Positions 1-7,673 of a DNA stretch of 32,000 bases are shown here, one piece after another. Positions within the stretch are counted from its first letter, which is position 1, and every line of letters starts with the position of its first letter. The DNA is taken from assembly GCF_001457595.1 (NCBI RefSeq), contig NZ_LN831039.1, forward strand, positions 1,830,001-1,862,000. The letters run 5' to 3'. The translations under genes were made by a program, and so were the position numbers. The notes beneath the pieces were generated by a model. It ran no database searches, was not told the origin of the DNA, and worked only from the letters and a program-made list of their open reading frames with translations. This DNA is from Mycolicibacterium smegmatis. GTDB lineage: Bacteria; Actinomycetota; Actinomycetes; Mycobacteriales; Mycobacteriaceae.

Positions 1-776
1 AGCAGCACGTCGTACTCGTCGCAGATCTCGCGGACACGCTCGAAGTACCCGGGCGGCGGCGGGAAGCAGCCACCGGCGTTCTGCACGGGCTCGAGGAACA
101 CCGCGGCGACGGTGTCGGGGCCCTCGAACTCGATGGCCTCGGCGATCCGGTCGGCGCAGTAGCGGCCGAAAGCCTTTTCGTCGTGGGCATATTCGGCAGG
201 TGCACGGTAGAAGTTGGTGTTCGGTGCGCGGAACCCGCCGGGGGTCAGCGGCTCGAACGGCGCCTTGAAGGCCGGGATGCCGGTGATCGCCAGCGCACCC
301 TGCGGCGTGCCGTGGTAGGCGATCGAGCGCGAGACGACCTTGTGCTTGCCGGGCTTGCCGGTCAGCTTGAAGTACTGCTTGGCCAGCTTCCACGCGCTCT
401 CGACGGCCTCGCCGCCGCCGGTGGTGAAGAAGACGCGGTTGAGGTCGCCCGGTGCGAAACTCGCGACGCGCTCGGCCAGTTCGATGGCAGGCGGGGTGGC
501 GTAGGACCACAGCGGGAAGAACGACAGCTTCTCGGCCTGCTTGGCGGCGGCCTCGGCGAGTTCCTTGCGGCCGTGGCCGACCTGGACGACGAACAGGCCG
601 CTCAGGCCGTCGATGTAGCTCTTGCCGGAGTCGTCGAAGATCTTGACGCCCTCGCCGCGCGTGATGATCGGCGGGGTGATGCCGTCACCATGGCGGGCGA
701 AGTGGCCCCACAGGTGCCGGTTCGCCTTGGCGCCGAGGTCCGTCGGCGCTGTTTGAGTGATATCTGCGGTTGTCAT
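1..776 (-). CDS. Class-III PLP-dependent omega-aminotransferase (putrescine/diamine/GABA aminotransferase type), N-terminal part; continues beyond the left window edge
   Basis: Reverse-strand reading from ATG at 776 gives MTTADITQTAPTDLGAKANRHLWGHFARHG...GEGVKIFDDSGKSYIDGLSGLFVVQVGHGR...FFTTGGGEAVESAWKLAKQYFKLTGKPGK, typical of class-III aminotransferases. ATGA overlap with the upstream Lrp gene. Adjacent aldehyde dehydrogenase fits amine catabolism. Confidence 0.85.
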   Translation of the reverse strand, partial: MTTADITQTAPTDLGAKANRHLWGHFARHGDGITPPIITRGEGVKIFDDSGKSYIDGLSGLFVVQVGHGRKELAEAAAKQAEKLSFFPLWSYATPPAIELAERVASFAPGDLNRVFFTTGGGEAVESAWKLAKQYFKLTGKPGKHKVVSRSIAYHGTPQGALAITGIPAFKAPFEPLTPGGFRAPNTNFYRAPAEYAHDEKAFGRYCADRIAEAIEFEGPDTVAAVFLEPVQNAGGCFPPPPGYFERVREICDEYDVL

Positions 777-1327
777 CTGGTTCCCCAATTGTATTGCTGT
801 TTAACAAGTTTCAAATAAACGAGGGTCTCGGTGGATATCACTCCCGGTAATGCGCGAATCTTGGTGTTGAGTAGTTCCAGCAGGCTATCGTCGTCCTCGC
901 AGACAACCTCGACGATCGCGTCGAACGAGCCCGCGGTCAGCACCACGTAGTCGACGGATTCGATCTGGGCGAGTTTCTCGGCCAGCTTGGTGGTGTCGCC
1001 GGTGCAACGGATCCCGATCATCGCCTGACGCGCGAAGCCCAACTGCAACGGGTCGGTGACCGCGACGATCTGCATGACGCCGGCGTCGACCATGCGTTGC
1101 ACACGCTGTCGCACGGCGGCCTCGGACAGGCCGACGGCCTTGCCGATGCCGGCGTAGGACCGCCTGCCGTCGGCCTGCAGCTTCTCGATGATTGCCTTGG
1201 ACAATTCATCGAGCTGAAATGCACCGGGACGAGAATGGTTCACCCGTAGCGACGGCACGGGTGCCAGCTCGTGACCATCGGGGTTGGTCATGCCACGATT
1301 GTGCACGGAATCCGTTGTTTGGGGCAA
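773..1327 (-). CDS. Lrp/AsnC family transcriptional regulator (start may instead be at 1291)
   Basis: ORF 184 aa with HTH (LDELSKAIIEKLQADGRRSYAGIGKAVGLSEAAVRQRVQRMVDAGVMQIVAV) and RAM-type C-terminal domain. Confidence 0.9.
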   Translation of the reverse strand: MPQTTDSVHNRGMTNPDGHELAPVPSLRVNHSRPGAFQLDELSKAIIEKLQADGRRSYAGIGKAVGLSEAAVRQRVQRMVDAGVMQIVAVTDPLQLGFARQAMIGIRCTGDTTKLAEKLAQIESVDYVVLTAGSFDAIVEVVCEDDDSLLELLNTKIRALPGVISTETLVYLKLVKQQYNWGTR

Positions 1328-1368
1328 CAGTATCGATGAAATCGCTCGTTTGAAGGCACCTCGACTGC

Positions 1369-1390
1369 GGGATTGCGTAGGGATTGCGTA
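1369..1390. repeat. Perfect 11-bp tandem duplication (GGGATTGCGTA x2) in the lrp/aldehyde dehydrogenase intergenic region
   Basis: Read directly: GGGATTGCGTAGGGATTGCGTAG. Confidence 0.8.
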
Positions 1391-1424
1391 GCCGAACCGG
1401 GCTCCGATCGGTTAGCGTTGGCCC

Positions 1425-2912
1425 ATGAGTGTGGCAGTAAAAGTCGCGAGCAGTTGGATCAATGGTGCCTCGGTGGAGACCTCCGGGGAAACCCACCAGA
1501 TCATCGACCCGGCAACGGGCAAATCGGTCTCCGAGTACAACCTGGCCACCGCGGCCGACGTGGACACCGCCGTCGCCGCTGCACGCGCCGCATTTCCCGC
1601 GTGGGCGGGCGCAACCCCGGCCGAGCGTTCGGCCGTTCTGGCGAAGCTGGCCAAGCTGGCCGACGAGCACGCCGAGCAGTTCGTGGCCGAAGAGGTCAGC
1701 CAGACCGGCAAACCCGTCCGCCTGGCCACTGAGTTCGACGTACCCGGCAGCGTCGACAACATCGATTTCTTTGCCGGCGCGGCCCGGCACCTCGAAGGCA
1801 AGGCGACCGCCGAATACTCCGGTGACCACACGTCGAGCATCCGCCGCGAGGCCGTCGGTGTGGTCGCGACCATCACCCCGTGGAACTACCCGCTGCAGAT
1901 GGCCGTGTGGAAGGTGATCCCGGCACTGGCCGCGGGCTGCGCCGTGGTGATCAAACCCGCCGAGATCACGCCGCTGACCACACTGACCCTGGCCAGGCTG
2001 GCCAGCGAGGCCGGTCTGCCCGACGGGGTGTTCAACGTCGTCACCGGATCGGGTGCCGAGGTGGGCACCGCGCTGGCCGGGCACCGCGACGTCGACGTCG
2101 TGACGTTCACGGGCTCCACCGCGGTCGGCCGCAAGGTCATGGCCTCCGCGGCCGTCCACGGCCACCGCACCCAGCTGGAACTGGGCGGCAAGGCCCCGTT
2201 CGTGGTGTTCTCTGACGCCGATCTCGACGCCGCCGTCCAGGGCGCGGTGGCCGGTGCGCTGATCAACACCGGACAGGACTGCACGGCCGCGACACGCGCC
2301 ATCGTCGCCCGCGAGCTCTACGACGACTTCGTCGCGGGCGTCGCCGAGGTGATGGGCAAGATCGTCGTCGGCGATCCGCACGATCCCGACACCGACCTCG
2401 GGCCGCTGATCTCGTACGCGCACCGCGACAAGGTGGCGGGCATGGTGGCGCGGGCGCCGCAGCAGGGCGGACGCGTCGTCACCGGCGGTGAGGCTCCCGA
2501 TCTGCCCGGCGCGTTCTACCGCCCGACGCTGATCGCCGACGTCGACGAGTCCTCCGAGGTGTACCGCGACGAGATCTTCGGCCCGGTGCTCACGGTGCGC
2601 TCGTTCACCGACGACGACGACGCGCTGCGCCAGGCCAACGACACCGAGTACGGTCTGGCGGCCTCGGCGTGGACCCGCGACGTGTACCGCGCGCAGCGCG
2701 CCTCACGCGAGATCAACGCGGGCTGTGTGTGGATCAACGACCACATCCCGATCATCAGCGAGATGCCGCACGGCGGTGTCGGTGCGTCGGGCTTCGGCAA
2801 GGACATGAGCGACTACTCGTTCGAGGAGTACCTCACCATCAAGCACGTGATGAGCGACATCACGGGTGTGGCCGAAAAGGAATGGCACCGCACCATCTTC
2901 AACAAGCGATAG
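1425..2912 (+). CDS. Aldehyde dehydrogenase, gamma-aminobutyraldehyde dehydrogenase type
   Basis: 495-aa ORF; TPWNYPLQMAVWKVIPALAAGC, FTGSTAVGRKV, LELGGKAPFVVF, catalytic Cys in NTGQDCTAATR. Confidence 0.92.
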   Translation: MSVAVKVASSWINGASVETSGETHQIIDPATGKSVSEYNLATAADVDTAVAAARAAFPAWAGATPAERSAVLAKLAKLADEHAEQFVAEEVSQTGKPVRLATEFDVPGSVDNIDFFAGAARHLEGKATAEYSGDHTSSIRREAVGVVATITPWNYPLQMAVWKVIPALAAGCAVVIKPAEITPLTTLTLARLASEAGLPDGVFNVVTGSGAEVGTALAGHRDVDVVTFTGSTAVGRKVMASAAVHGHRTQLELGGKAPFVVFSDADLDAAVQGAVAGALINTGQDCTAATRAIVARELYDDFVAGVAEVMGKIVVGDPHDPDTDLGPLISYAHRDKVAGMVARAPQQGGRVVTGGEAPDLPGAFYRPTLIADVDESSEVYRDEIFGPVLTVRSFTDDDDALRQANDTEYGLAASAWTRDVYRAQRASREINAGCVWINDHIPIISEMPHGGVGASGFGKDMSDYSFEEYLTIKHVMSDITGVAEKEWHRTIFNKR

Positions 2913-2922
2913 CGCCGAGACG

Positions 2923-2965
2923 ACGGTTTGTGGTGTGGAAACGCGGTTTTCCCGCCACAAACCGT
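2923..2965. terminator. Hairpin-forming inverted repeat (11-bp perfect outer arms, nested 5-bp inner arms), possible terminator after the aldehyde dehydrogenase or regulatory structure before sigJ
   Basis: ACGGTTTGTGG (2923-2933) ... CCACAAACCGT (2955-2965), inner GGAAA (2937-2941)/TTTCC (2948-2952). Confidence 0.55.
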
Positions 2966-3015
2966 AGTGTCGGCGGTCGTGGAAGGCGGCGCGACCGAGC
3001 GTTATCGTCTGAAGT

Positions 3016-3930
3016 GTGACCACCGCCGCGCGGACGGACCAGTTCGAGGCGCTGCGACCCCACCTCTTGGCGGTCGCCTACCGCTTGACGGGGACCTACG
3101 CCGACGCCGAGGACATCGTCCAAGAGGCGTGGATCAGATGGGCCGGCCAGGAGGCGCCCATCGAAAACCTCCAGGCCTGGCTGACCACCGTCGTCAGCCG
3201 CCTCGGCCTGGACCGTTTGCGATCGGCCGCGCACCGTCGTGAGTCCTATTACGGTGAGTGGCTGCCCGAACCCGTGGTGACCGGCATCGACGGCAACGAT
3301 CCGCTCAACGCCGTGGTGGCGGGTGAGGACGCGCGCTTCGCGGCGATGGTGGTGCTCGAACAGCTCAGCCCCGACCAGCGCGTCGCGTTCGTCCTGCACG
3401 ACGGCTTCGGCGTGCCGTTCCCCGACATCGCCGACGTCCTCGGCGTGAGCGCGGCCTCGGCGCGGCAACTGGCATCGCGGGCGCGACGCGCGGTCGCCGA
3501 CGCTCCACCGCCGGTCGACGACAACACCCACAACGAGATCGCTGGGGCGTTGATGGCGGCGCTGGCCGCGGGCGACATGGACGGCGTCGTGCGCCTGCTG
3601 CACCCGGACGTCACGTTCACCGGCGACTCGAACCGCAAGGCGCCGACGGCGCCGCGCGTCATCCACGGGCCCGAGAAGGTCGCGCGGTTCCTGTTCGGGC
3701 TCGCGCGACGCTACGGGCCGAACTGGTTGGCCGGCGCGCAATTGGCCCTCATCAACGGCGAACTGGGCACCTACACCCCGGGTGCGCCCGCGGGGGACGG
3801 GTATCCCGAACTGCTGCCGCGCATCACCGCGATGACGGTGCGCGACGGCAAGGTCTGTGCGGTGTGGGACGTCGCAAATCCCGACAAGTTCACCGGTTCA
3901 CCACTCGGCGCCGCGGTCAGACGCCCATGA
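3016..3930 (+). CDS. sigJ: ECF sigma factor of the SigJ/ECF41 type with fused C-terminal SnoaL-like domain (GTG start)
   Basis: 304-aa ORF; sigma region 2 (AYRLTGTYADAEDIVQEAWIRW), linker WLPEP, region 4 HTH, C-terminal SnoaL-like domain ending with NPDKF motif (VANPDKFTGS) typical of ECF41 proteins. Confidence 0.88.
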   Translation: MTTAARTDQFEALRPHLLAVAYRLTGTYADAEDIVQEAWIRWAGQEAPIENLQAWLTTVVSRLGLDRLRSAAHRRESYYGEWLPEPVVTGIDGNDPLNAVVAGEDARFAAMVVLEQLSPDQRVAFVLHDGFGVPFPDIADVLGVSAASARQLASRARRAVADAPPPVDDNTHNEIAGALMAALAAGDMDGVVRLLHPDVTFTGDSNRKAPTAPRVIHGPEKVARFLFGLARRYGPNWLAGAQLALINGELGTYTPGAPAGDGYPELLPRITAMTVRDGKVCAVWDVANPDKFTGSPLGAAVRRP

Positions 3931-4451
3931 TGCCCGGCGACCGGGGAAACCTGGGCCAGACGTTCGGCTGGATCGTGAACCGCGGCATGGACAAGATGCG
4001 TCACCGCGAGGCGTTCGAGATCGGGGAGCCGACCGCTGCCGACTTCACGGGCTTCGAGCGTCACCGCCAGATCCTGCTGGTGACGTTCAAACGCTCCGGT
4101 GAGGCCGTGCCCAGCCCCATCAACCACGGCGTCGCGGACGGCAAGCTGTACGTGCGCACCGAGGCGTCGACCGCGAAGGTCAAGCGAATCCGCAACAATC
4201 CCAACGTGATCGTCGCGCCGTGCACCCTGCGGGGCAGGCCCAGCGGGCCGGTGGTCGCGGGCACCGCGCGCATCCTGGGAGAGTCCGAGCACGCGCGCGC
4301 CGACGCCGTGATCGAGGCCAACTGGAGCCTGCCGATGAAGCTGTTCGAGCGCACCCTCGACAGGGGCAGTCGAACCTTCGGTGTGCCAATGGCTTACATC
4401 GAGATCAGCCCTGCTGGGCCCACGGGACCCGGCACGCATCCCCCGAGCTGA
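3927..4451 (+). CDS. PPOX-class (probable F420/flavin-dependent) oxidoreductase
   Basis: 174 aa; LLVTFKRSGEAVPSPINHGVADGKLYVRTEASTAKVKRIRNNPNVIVAPCTLRGRPSGPVVAGTARIL; ATGA overlap with sigJ stop indicates translational coupling. Confidence 0.82.
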   Translation: MMPGDRGNLGQTFGWIVNRGMDKMRHREAFEIGEPTAADFTGFERHRQILLVTFKRSGEAVPSPINHGVADGKLYVRTEASTAKVKRIRNNPNVIVAPCTLRGRPSGPVVAGTARILGESEHARADAVIEANWSLPMKLFERTLDRGSRTFGVPMAYIEISPAGPTGPGTHPPS

Positions 4452-4992
4452 AGCCCTGCTCGGTGATGCCGAGTGCCGAATACATGCGCGCACGCATGTT
4501 CTCCACACCGATCTGGTAAGTCAGCTCGATCACGCCATCGTCGCCGAAGCGCCTGCGCAGGTCGGCCACCTGTTCGTCGGTGACGGCGTGCGGGTCGGTG
4601 GTCATCGCGTCGGCGTAGGCGATCGCGGCGCGCTCGTCCTCGTTGAACGACGGTGAGGTGGCGTAGTCGTCGATGTGCTTCAGCCGCTCGACGTCCAGAT
4701 TCTCCAGCCGCATCAGCATCGAGCCGAAGTCCACGCACCACGAGCAGCCCACCGTGCGGGCCGTCCAGAACACCGCGAGCTCACGGACACTGGCGGGCAG
4801 CTTCTTCGACCCGCCCTGCAGCAGGCCCTCGTGCACGGCGTTGGCGAGCAGCAGCCGCGGATGGTGCGCCGCCACCGTGAACGGTTCGGGCACCTCGCCG
4901 AAGCGCTTCTTGGCGTAGCGGTACATCAGCCGGGTCAGCAGACCGGCCTGTTGCGGGGGAAGGGGAGCGATTCTCGTCTTCGTTTCGGTCAT
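4405..4992 (-). CDS. Carboxymuconolactone decarboxylase family (AhpD-like) protein
   Basis: 195 aa starting MTETKTRIAPLPPQQAG; ASVRELAVFWTARTVGCSWCVDFGSMLM with CxxC; downstream FNEDERAAIAYADAMT, typical of CMD-family proteins. Placed directly after an ECF41-like promoter. Confidence 0.85.
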   Translation of the reverse strand: MTETKTRIAPLPPQQAGLLTRLMYRYAKKRFGEVPEPFTVAAHHPRLLLANAVHEGLLQGGSKKLPASVRELAVFWTARTVGCSWCVDFGSMLMRLENLDVERLKHIDDYATSPSFNEDERAAIAYADAMTTDPHAVTDEQVADLRRRFGDDGVIELTYQIGVENMRARMYSALGITEQGFSSGDACRVPWAQQG

Positions 4993-5000
4993 ATCTGTCA

Positions 5001-5027
5001 GACGAGGCAGCGCCGCAGAGTGTGACA
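5001..5027 (-). promoter_or_regulatory. Candidate ECF41/SigJ-type promoter: -35 TGTCACA (5027-5021), 16-nt spacer, -10 CGTC (5004-5001)
   Basis: Reverse strand reads TGTCACA-CTCTGCGGCGCTGCCT-CGTC-TGACAGAT-ATG; matches the ECF41 consensus TGTCACA-N16/17-CGTC, with 8 nt from CGTC to the start codon. Confidence 0.75.
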
Positions 5028-5051
5028 GGGATGTGGGACAGGACCCCGAAA

Positions 5052-5108
5052 CGAGTGTTGGCTTGTGTTCCAGATCCGGAAGGATCCTGGTACACAAGCC
5101 AACACTCG
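5052..5108 (-). terminator. Strong hairpin downstream of sdhB, likely sdhCDAB operon terminator
   Basis: 17-bp perfect outer arms CGAGTGTTGGCTTGTGT (5052-5068) / ACACAAGCCAACACTCG (5092-5108), then inner CCAG/CTGG and ATCC/GGAT closing a GGAA tetraloop; short T run (TTTCGGGG) follows on the minus strand. Confidence 0.75.
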
Positions 5109-5120
5109 ACGATAAGAAAC

Positions 5121-5906
5121 TCAGCGCGCGAACATCAGCGCGCGCTTTACCTCCTGGATCGCCTGGGTCACCTGGATGCCACGCGGGCAGGCCTCGGTGC
5201 AGTTGAACGTCGTGCGGCAGCGCCACACCCCGTCGACCTCGTTGAGGATGTCGAGACGCTCGGCGGCGGCCTCGTCACGCGAATCGAAGATGAACCGGTG
5301 CGCGTTGACGATCGCGGCCGGACCGAAGTACGAACCCTCGCTCCAGTACACCGGGCAGCTCGTGGTGCAGCAGGCACACAGGATGCACTTGGTGGTGTCG
5401 TCGTAGCGGGCGCGGTCGGTCGGGCTCTGGATGCGCTCCTTGGTGGGCGGGTTGCCGCTGGTCACCAGGAACGGCTTGACGGCACGGTAGGCGTCGAAGA
5501 ACGGCTCCATGTTCACCACCAGGTCCTTCTCCACGGGCAGGCCGCGGATGGGCTCGATGGTGATGGTGAGCTGCTTGTTGGGGTTCTTCGGCAGCATGTC
5601 GCGCATCAGCACCTTGCACGCCAACCGGTTGACGCCGTTGATCCGCATGGCGTCCGAGCCGCACACGCCGTGCGCGCAGGACCGGCGGAACGTCAGCGTG
5701 CCGTCCAGGTACCACTTCACGTAGTGCAGCAGGTTGAGCAGACGGTCGCTGGGCAGGCACGGAACCCGGAAGCTCTGCCAGCCTGCGGCGTCGGGGTTCT
5801 CGGGGTTGAACCGTGCGATCTTGAGGGTGACCATCACGGCGCCCTCGGGCACGGGCGGCAGCTCGGGGTCGCCGGCTTCCGGCTTGTCTATGACGGGTGC
5901 ACTCAT
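5121..5906 (-). CDS. sdhB: Succinate dehydrogenase iron-sulfur subunit
   Basis: 261 aa; CAHGVCGSDAMRINGVNRLAC, CILCACCTTSCPVYW, FNCTEACPRGI Fe-S motifs. Confidence 0.97.
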   Translation of the reverse strand: MSAPVIDKPEAGDPELPPVPEGAVMVTLKIARFNPENPDAAGWQSFRVPCLPSDRLLNLLHYVKWYLDGTLTFRRSCAHGVCGSDAMRINGVNRLACKVLMRDMLPKNPNKQLTITIEPIRGLPVEKDLVVNMEPFFDAYRAVKPFLVTSGNPPTKERIQSPTDRARYDDTTKCILCACCTTSCPVYWSEGSYFGPAAIVNAHRFIFDSRDEAAAERLDILNEVDGVWRCRTTFNCTEACPRGIQVTQAIQEVKRALMFAR

Positions 5907-5908
5907 AT

Positions 5909-7663
5909 TCAGTACTTCCGCTCCATCGGCTCGTACCGGGTCTGGACGACGGGCTTGTAGTCCAGCCGGATATCGGACAGCAGGTCGGTGCCCTGCTTGT
6001 AGGCCATGGTGTGGCGCATGTAGTTGGTGTCGTCGCGGTTGGGGTAGTCCTCGCGCGCGTGTCCGCCGCGGGACTCCTTGCGGTTGAGGGCGCCGACGAC
6101 GGTCACCTCGGCAAGCTCAAGCAGGAAGCCAAGCTCGATGGCCTCCAGCAGGTCGCTGTTGTAGCGCTTGCCCTTGTCGTGCACCGTGATTCGCGAGTAG
6201 CGCTCCTTGAGCGCGTGGATGTCGGTGAGCGCCTGCTTGAGCGTCTCCTCGGTGCGGAACACCGCGGCGTTGTTGTCCATGGACTGCTGCAGCGCACCGC
6301 GGATGTCGGCGACGCGCTCGTTGCCGTGCTCGGACAGGATGTCACCGACCCAGCCGACGACCATCTCGGCCGGGTTCTCGGGCATGTCCACGAAGTTGTG
6401 GTTCTGCGCGTACTCGGCCGCGGCGATGCCGGCGCGGCGGCCGAACACGTTGATGTCCAGCAGCGAGTTGGTGCCCAGACGGTTGGCGCCGTGCACCGAC
6501 ACACACGCACACTCGCCCGCGGCGTACAGGCCGGGGATGACGTTGGTGTTGTCGCGCAGCACCTGGCCGTGGACCGTGGTCGGGATGCCGCCCATGACGT
6601 AGTGGCACGTCGGGTACACCGGCACGAGTTCCTTGACCGGGTCCACACCGAGATAGGTGCGGGCGAACTCGGTGATGTCGGGCAGCTTGGCCTCGAGCAC
6701 ATCCTCACCGAGGTGGCGCACGTCGATGTAGACGTAATCCTTGTTCGGTCCGGCGCCGCGGCCTTCGAGGACCTCGAGCACCATCGAGCGGGCCACGATG
6801 TCGCGCGGCGCGAGGTCGACGATCGTCGGCGCGTAGCGCTCCATGAACCGCTCGCCCTCGCCGTTGAGCAACCGGCCGCCCTCGCCGCGCACGGCCTCGG
6901 AGATCAGGATGCCCAGGCCGGCCAGGCCCGTCGGGTGGAACTGGTGGAACTCCATGTCCTCCAAGGGAAGTCCCTTGCGGAAGACGATGCCCAGGCCGTC
7001 ACCGGTCAGCGTGTGGGCGTTGGAGGTGGTCTTGTACATCCGGCCCGACCCGCCCGTGGCGAACACGATCGCCTTGGCGTGGAAGACGTGGATGTCGCCG
7101 GTGGCCAGTTCGTAGGCGATGACGCCGGTGGCGACCGGACCCGCCGGGGTCTCGGTCAGTGCGATGTCGAGCGCGTAGAACTCGTTGAAGAACTCGACGT
7201 CGTGCTTGACGCAGTTTTGGTACAGCGTCTGCAGGATCATGTGGCCCGTGCGGTCGGCGGCGTAGCAGGCGCGGCGCACCGGGGCCTTGCCGTGGTCACG
7301 GGTGTGCCCGCCGAAGCGGCGCTGGTCGATGCGGCCCTCGGGGGTGCGGTTGAACGGCATCCCCATCTTCTCGAGGTCGAGGACCGCGTCGATGGCTTCC
7401 TTGCACATGATCTCGACGGCGTCCTGGTCGGCGAGGTAGTCGCCGCCCTTGACGGTGTCGAAGGTGTGCCACTCCCAGTTGTCTTCTTCGACGTTGGCCA
7501 GCGCGGCACACATGCCGCCCTGCGCCGCACCGGTGTGGCTACGCGTGGGGTACAGCTTGGTCAGCACCGCGGTGCGTGCCCGCGGGCCTGCCTCGACGGC
7601 CGCCCGCATGCCGGCGCCGCCTGCGCCGACGATGACGACGTCGTAGCGATGTTCCTGAATCAT
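5909..7663 (-). CDS. sdhA: Succinate dehydrogenase flavoprotein subunit
   Basis: 584 aa; FAD motif VVIVGAGGAGMRAA, flavinylation motif RSHTGAAQGG, HPTGL, SEAVRGEGG, HYVMGGI. Confidence 0.97.
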   Translation of the reverse strand: MIQEHRYDVVIVGAGGAGMRAAVEAGPRARTAVLTKLYPTRSHTGAAQGGMCAALANVEEDNWEWHTFDTVKGGDYLADQDAVEIMCKEAIDAVLDLEKMGMPFNRTPEGRIDQRRFGGHTRDHGKAPVRRACYAADRTGHMILQTLYQNCVKHDVEFFNEFYALDIALTETPAGPVATGVIAYELATGDIHVFHAKAIVFATGGSGRMYKTTSNAHTLTGDGLGIVFRKGLPLEDMEFHQFHPTGLAGLGILISEAVRGEGGRLLNGEGERFMERYAPTIVDLAPRDIVARSMVLEVLEGRGAGPNKDYVYIDVRHLGEDVLEAKLPDITEFARTYLGVDPVKELVPVYPTCHYVMGGIPTTVHGQVLRDNTNVIPGLYAAGECACVSVHGANRLGTNSLLDINVFGRRAGIAAAEYAQNHNFVDMPENPAEMVVGWVGDILSEHGNERVADIRGALQQSMDNNAAVFRTEETLKQALTDIHALKERYSRITVHDKGKRYNSDLLEAIELGFLLELAEVTVVGALNRKESRGGHAREDYPNRDDTNYMRHTMAYKQGTDLLSDIRLDYKPVVQTRYEPMERKY

Positions 7664-7673
7664 CCTGCGTCCT

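Noticed and set aside
183-818. 211-aa plus-strand ORF at the left edge
   Set aside because: Antisense to the clearly recognisable class-III aminotransferase; low-complexity Arg/Gly/Ala translation typical of shadow ORFs in high-GC DNA.
1206-2423. 405-aa minus-strand ORF
   Set aside because: Antisense to aldehyde dehydrogenase with no protein-like motifs; high-GC shadow ORF.
2981-3009. GGAA...CGTT/CGTC upstream of sigJ as an ECF-type autoregulatory promoter
   Set aside because: Spacing is off for each combination (15-21 nt) and TGTCACA is absent; insufficient support.
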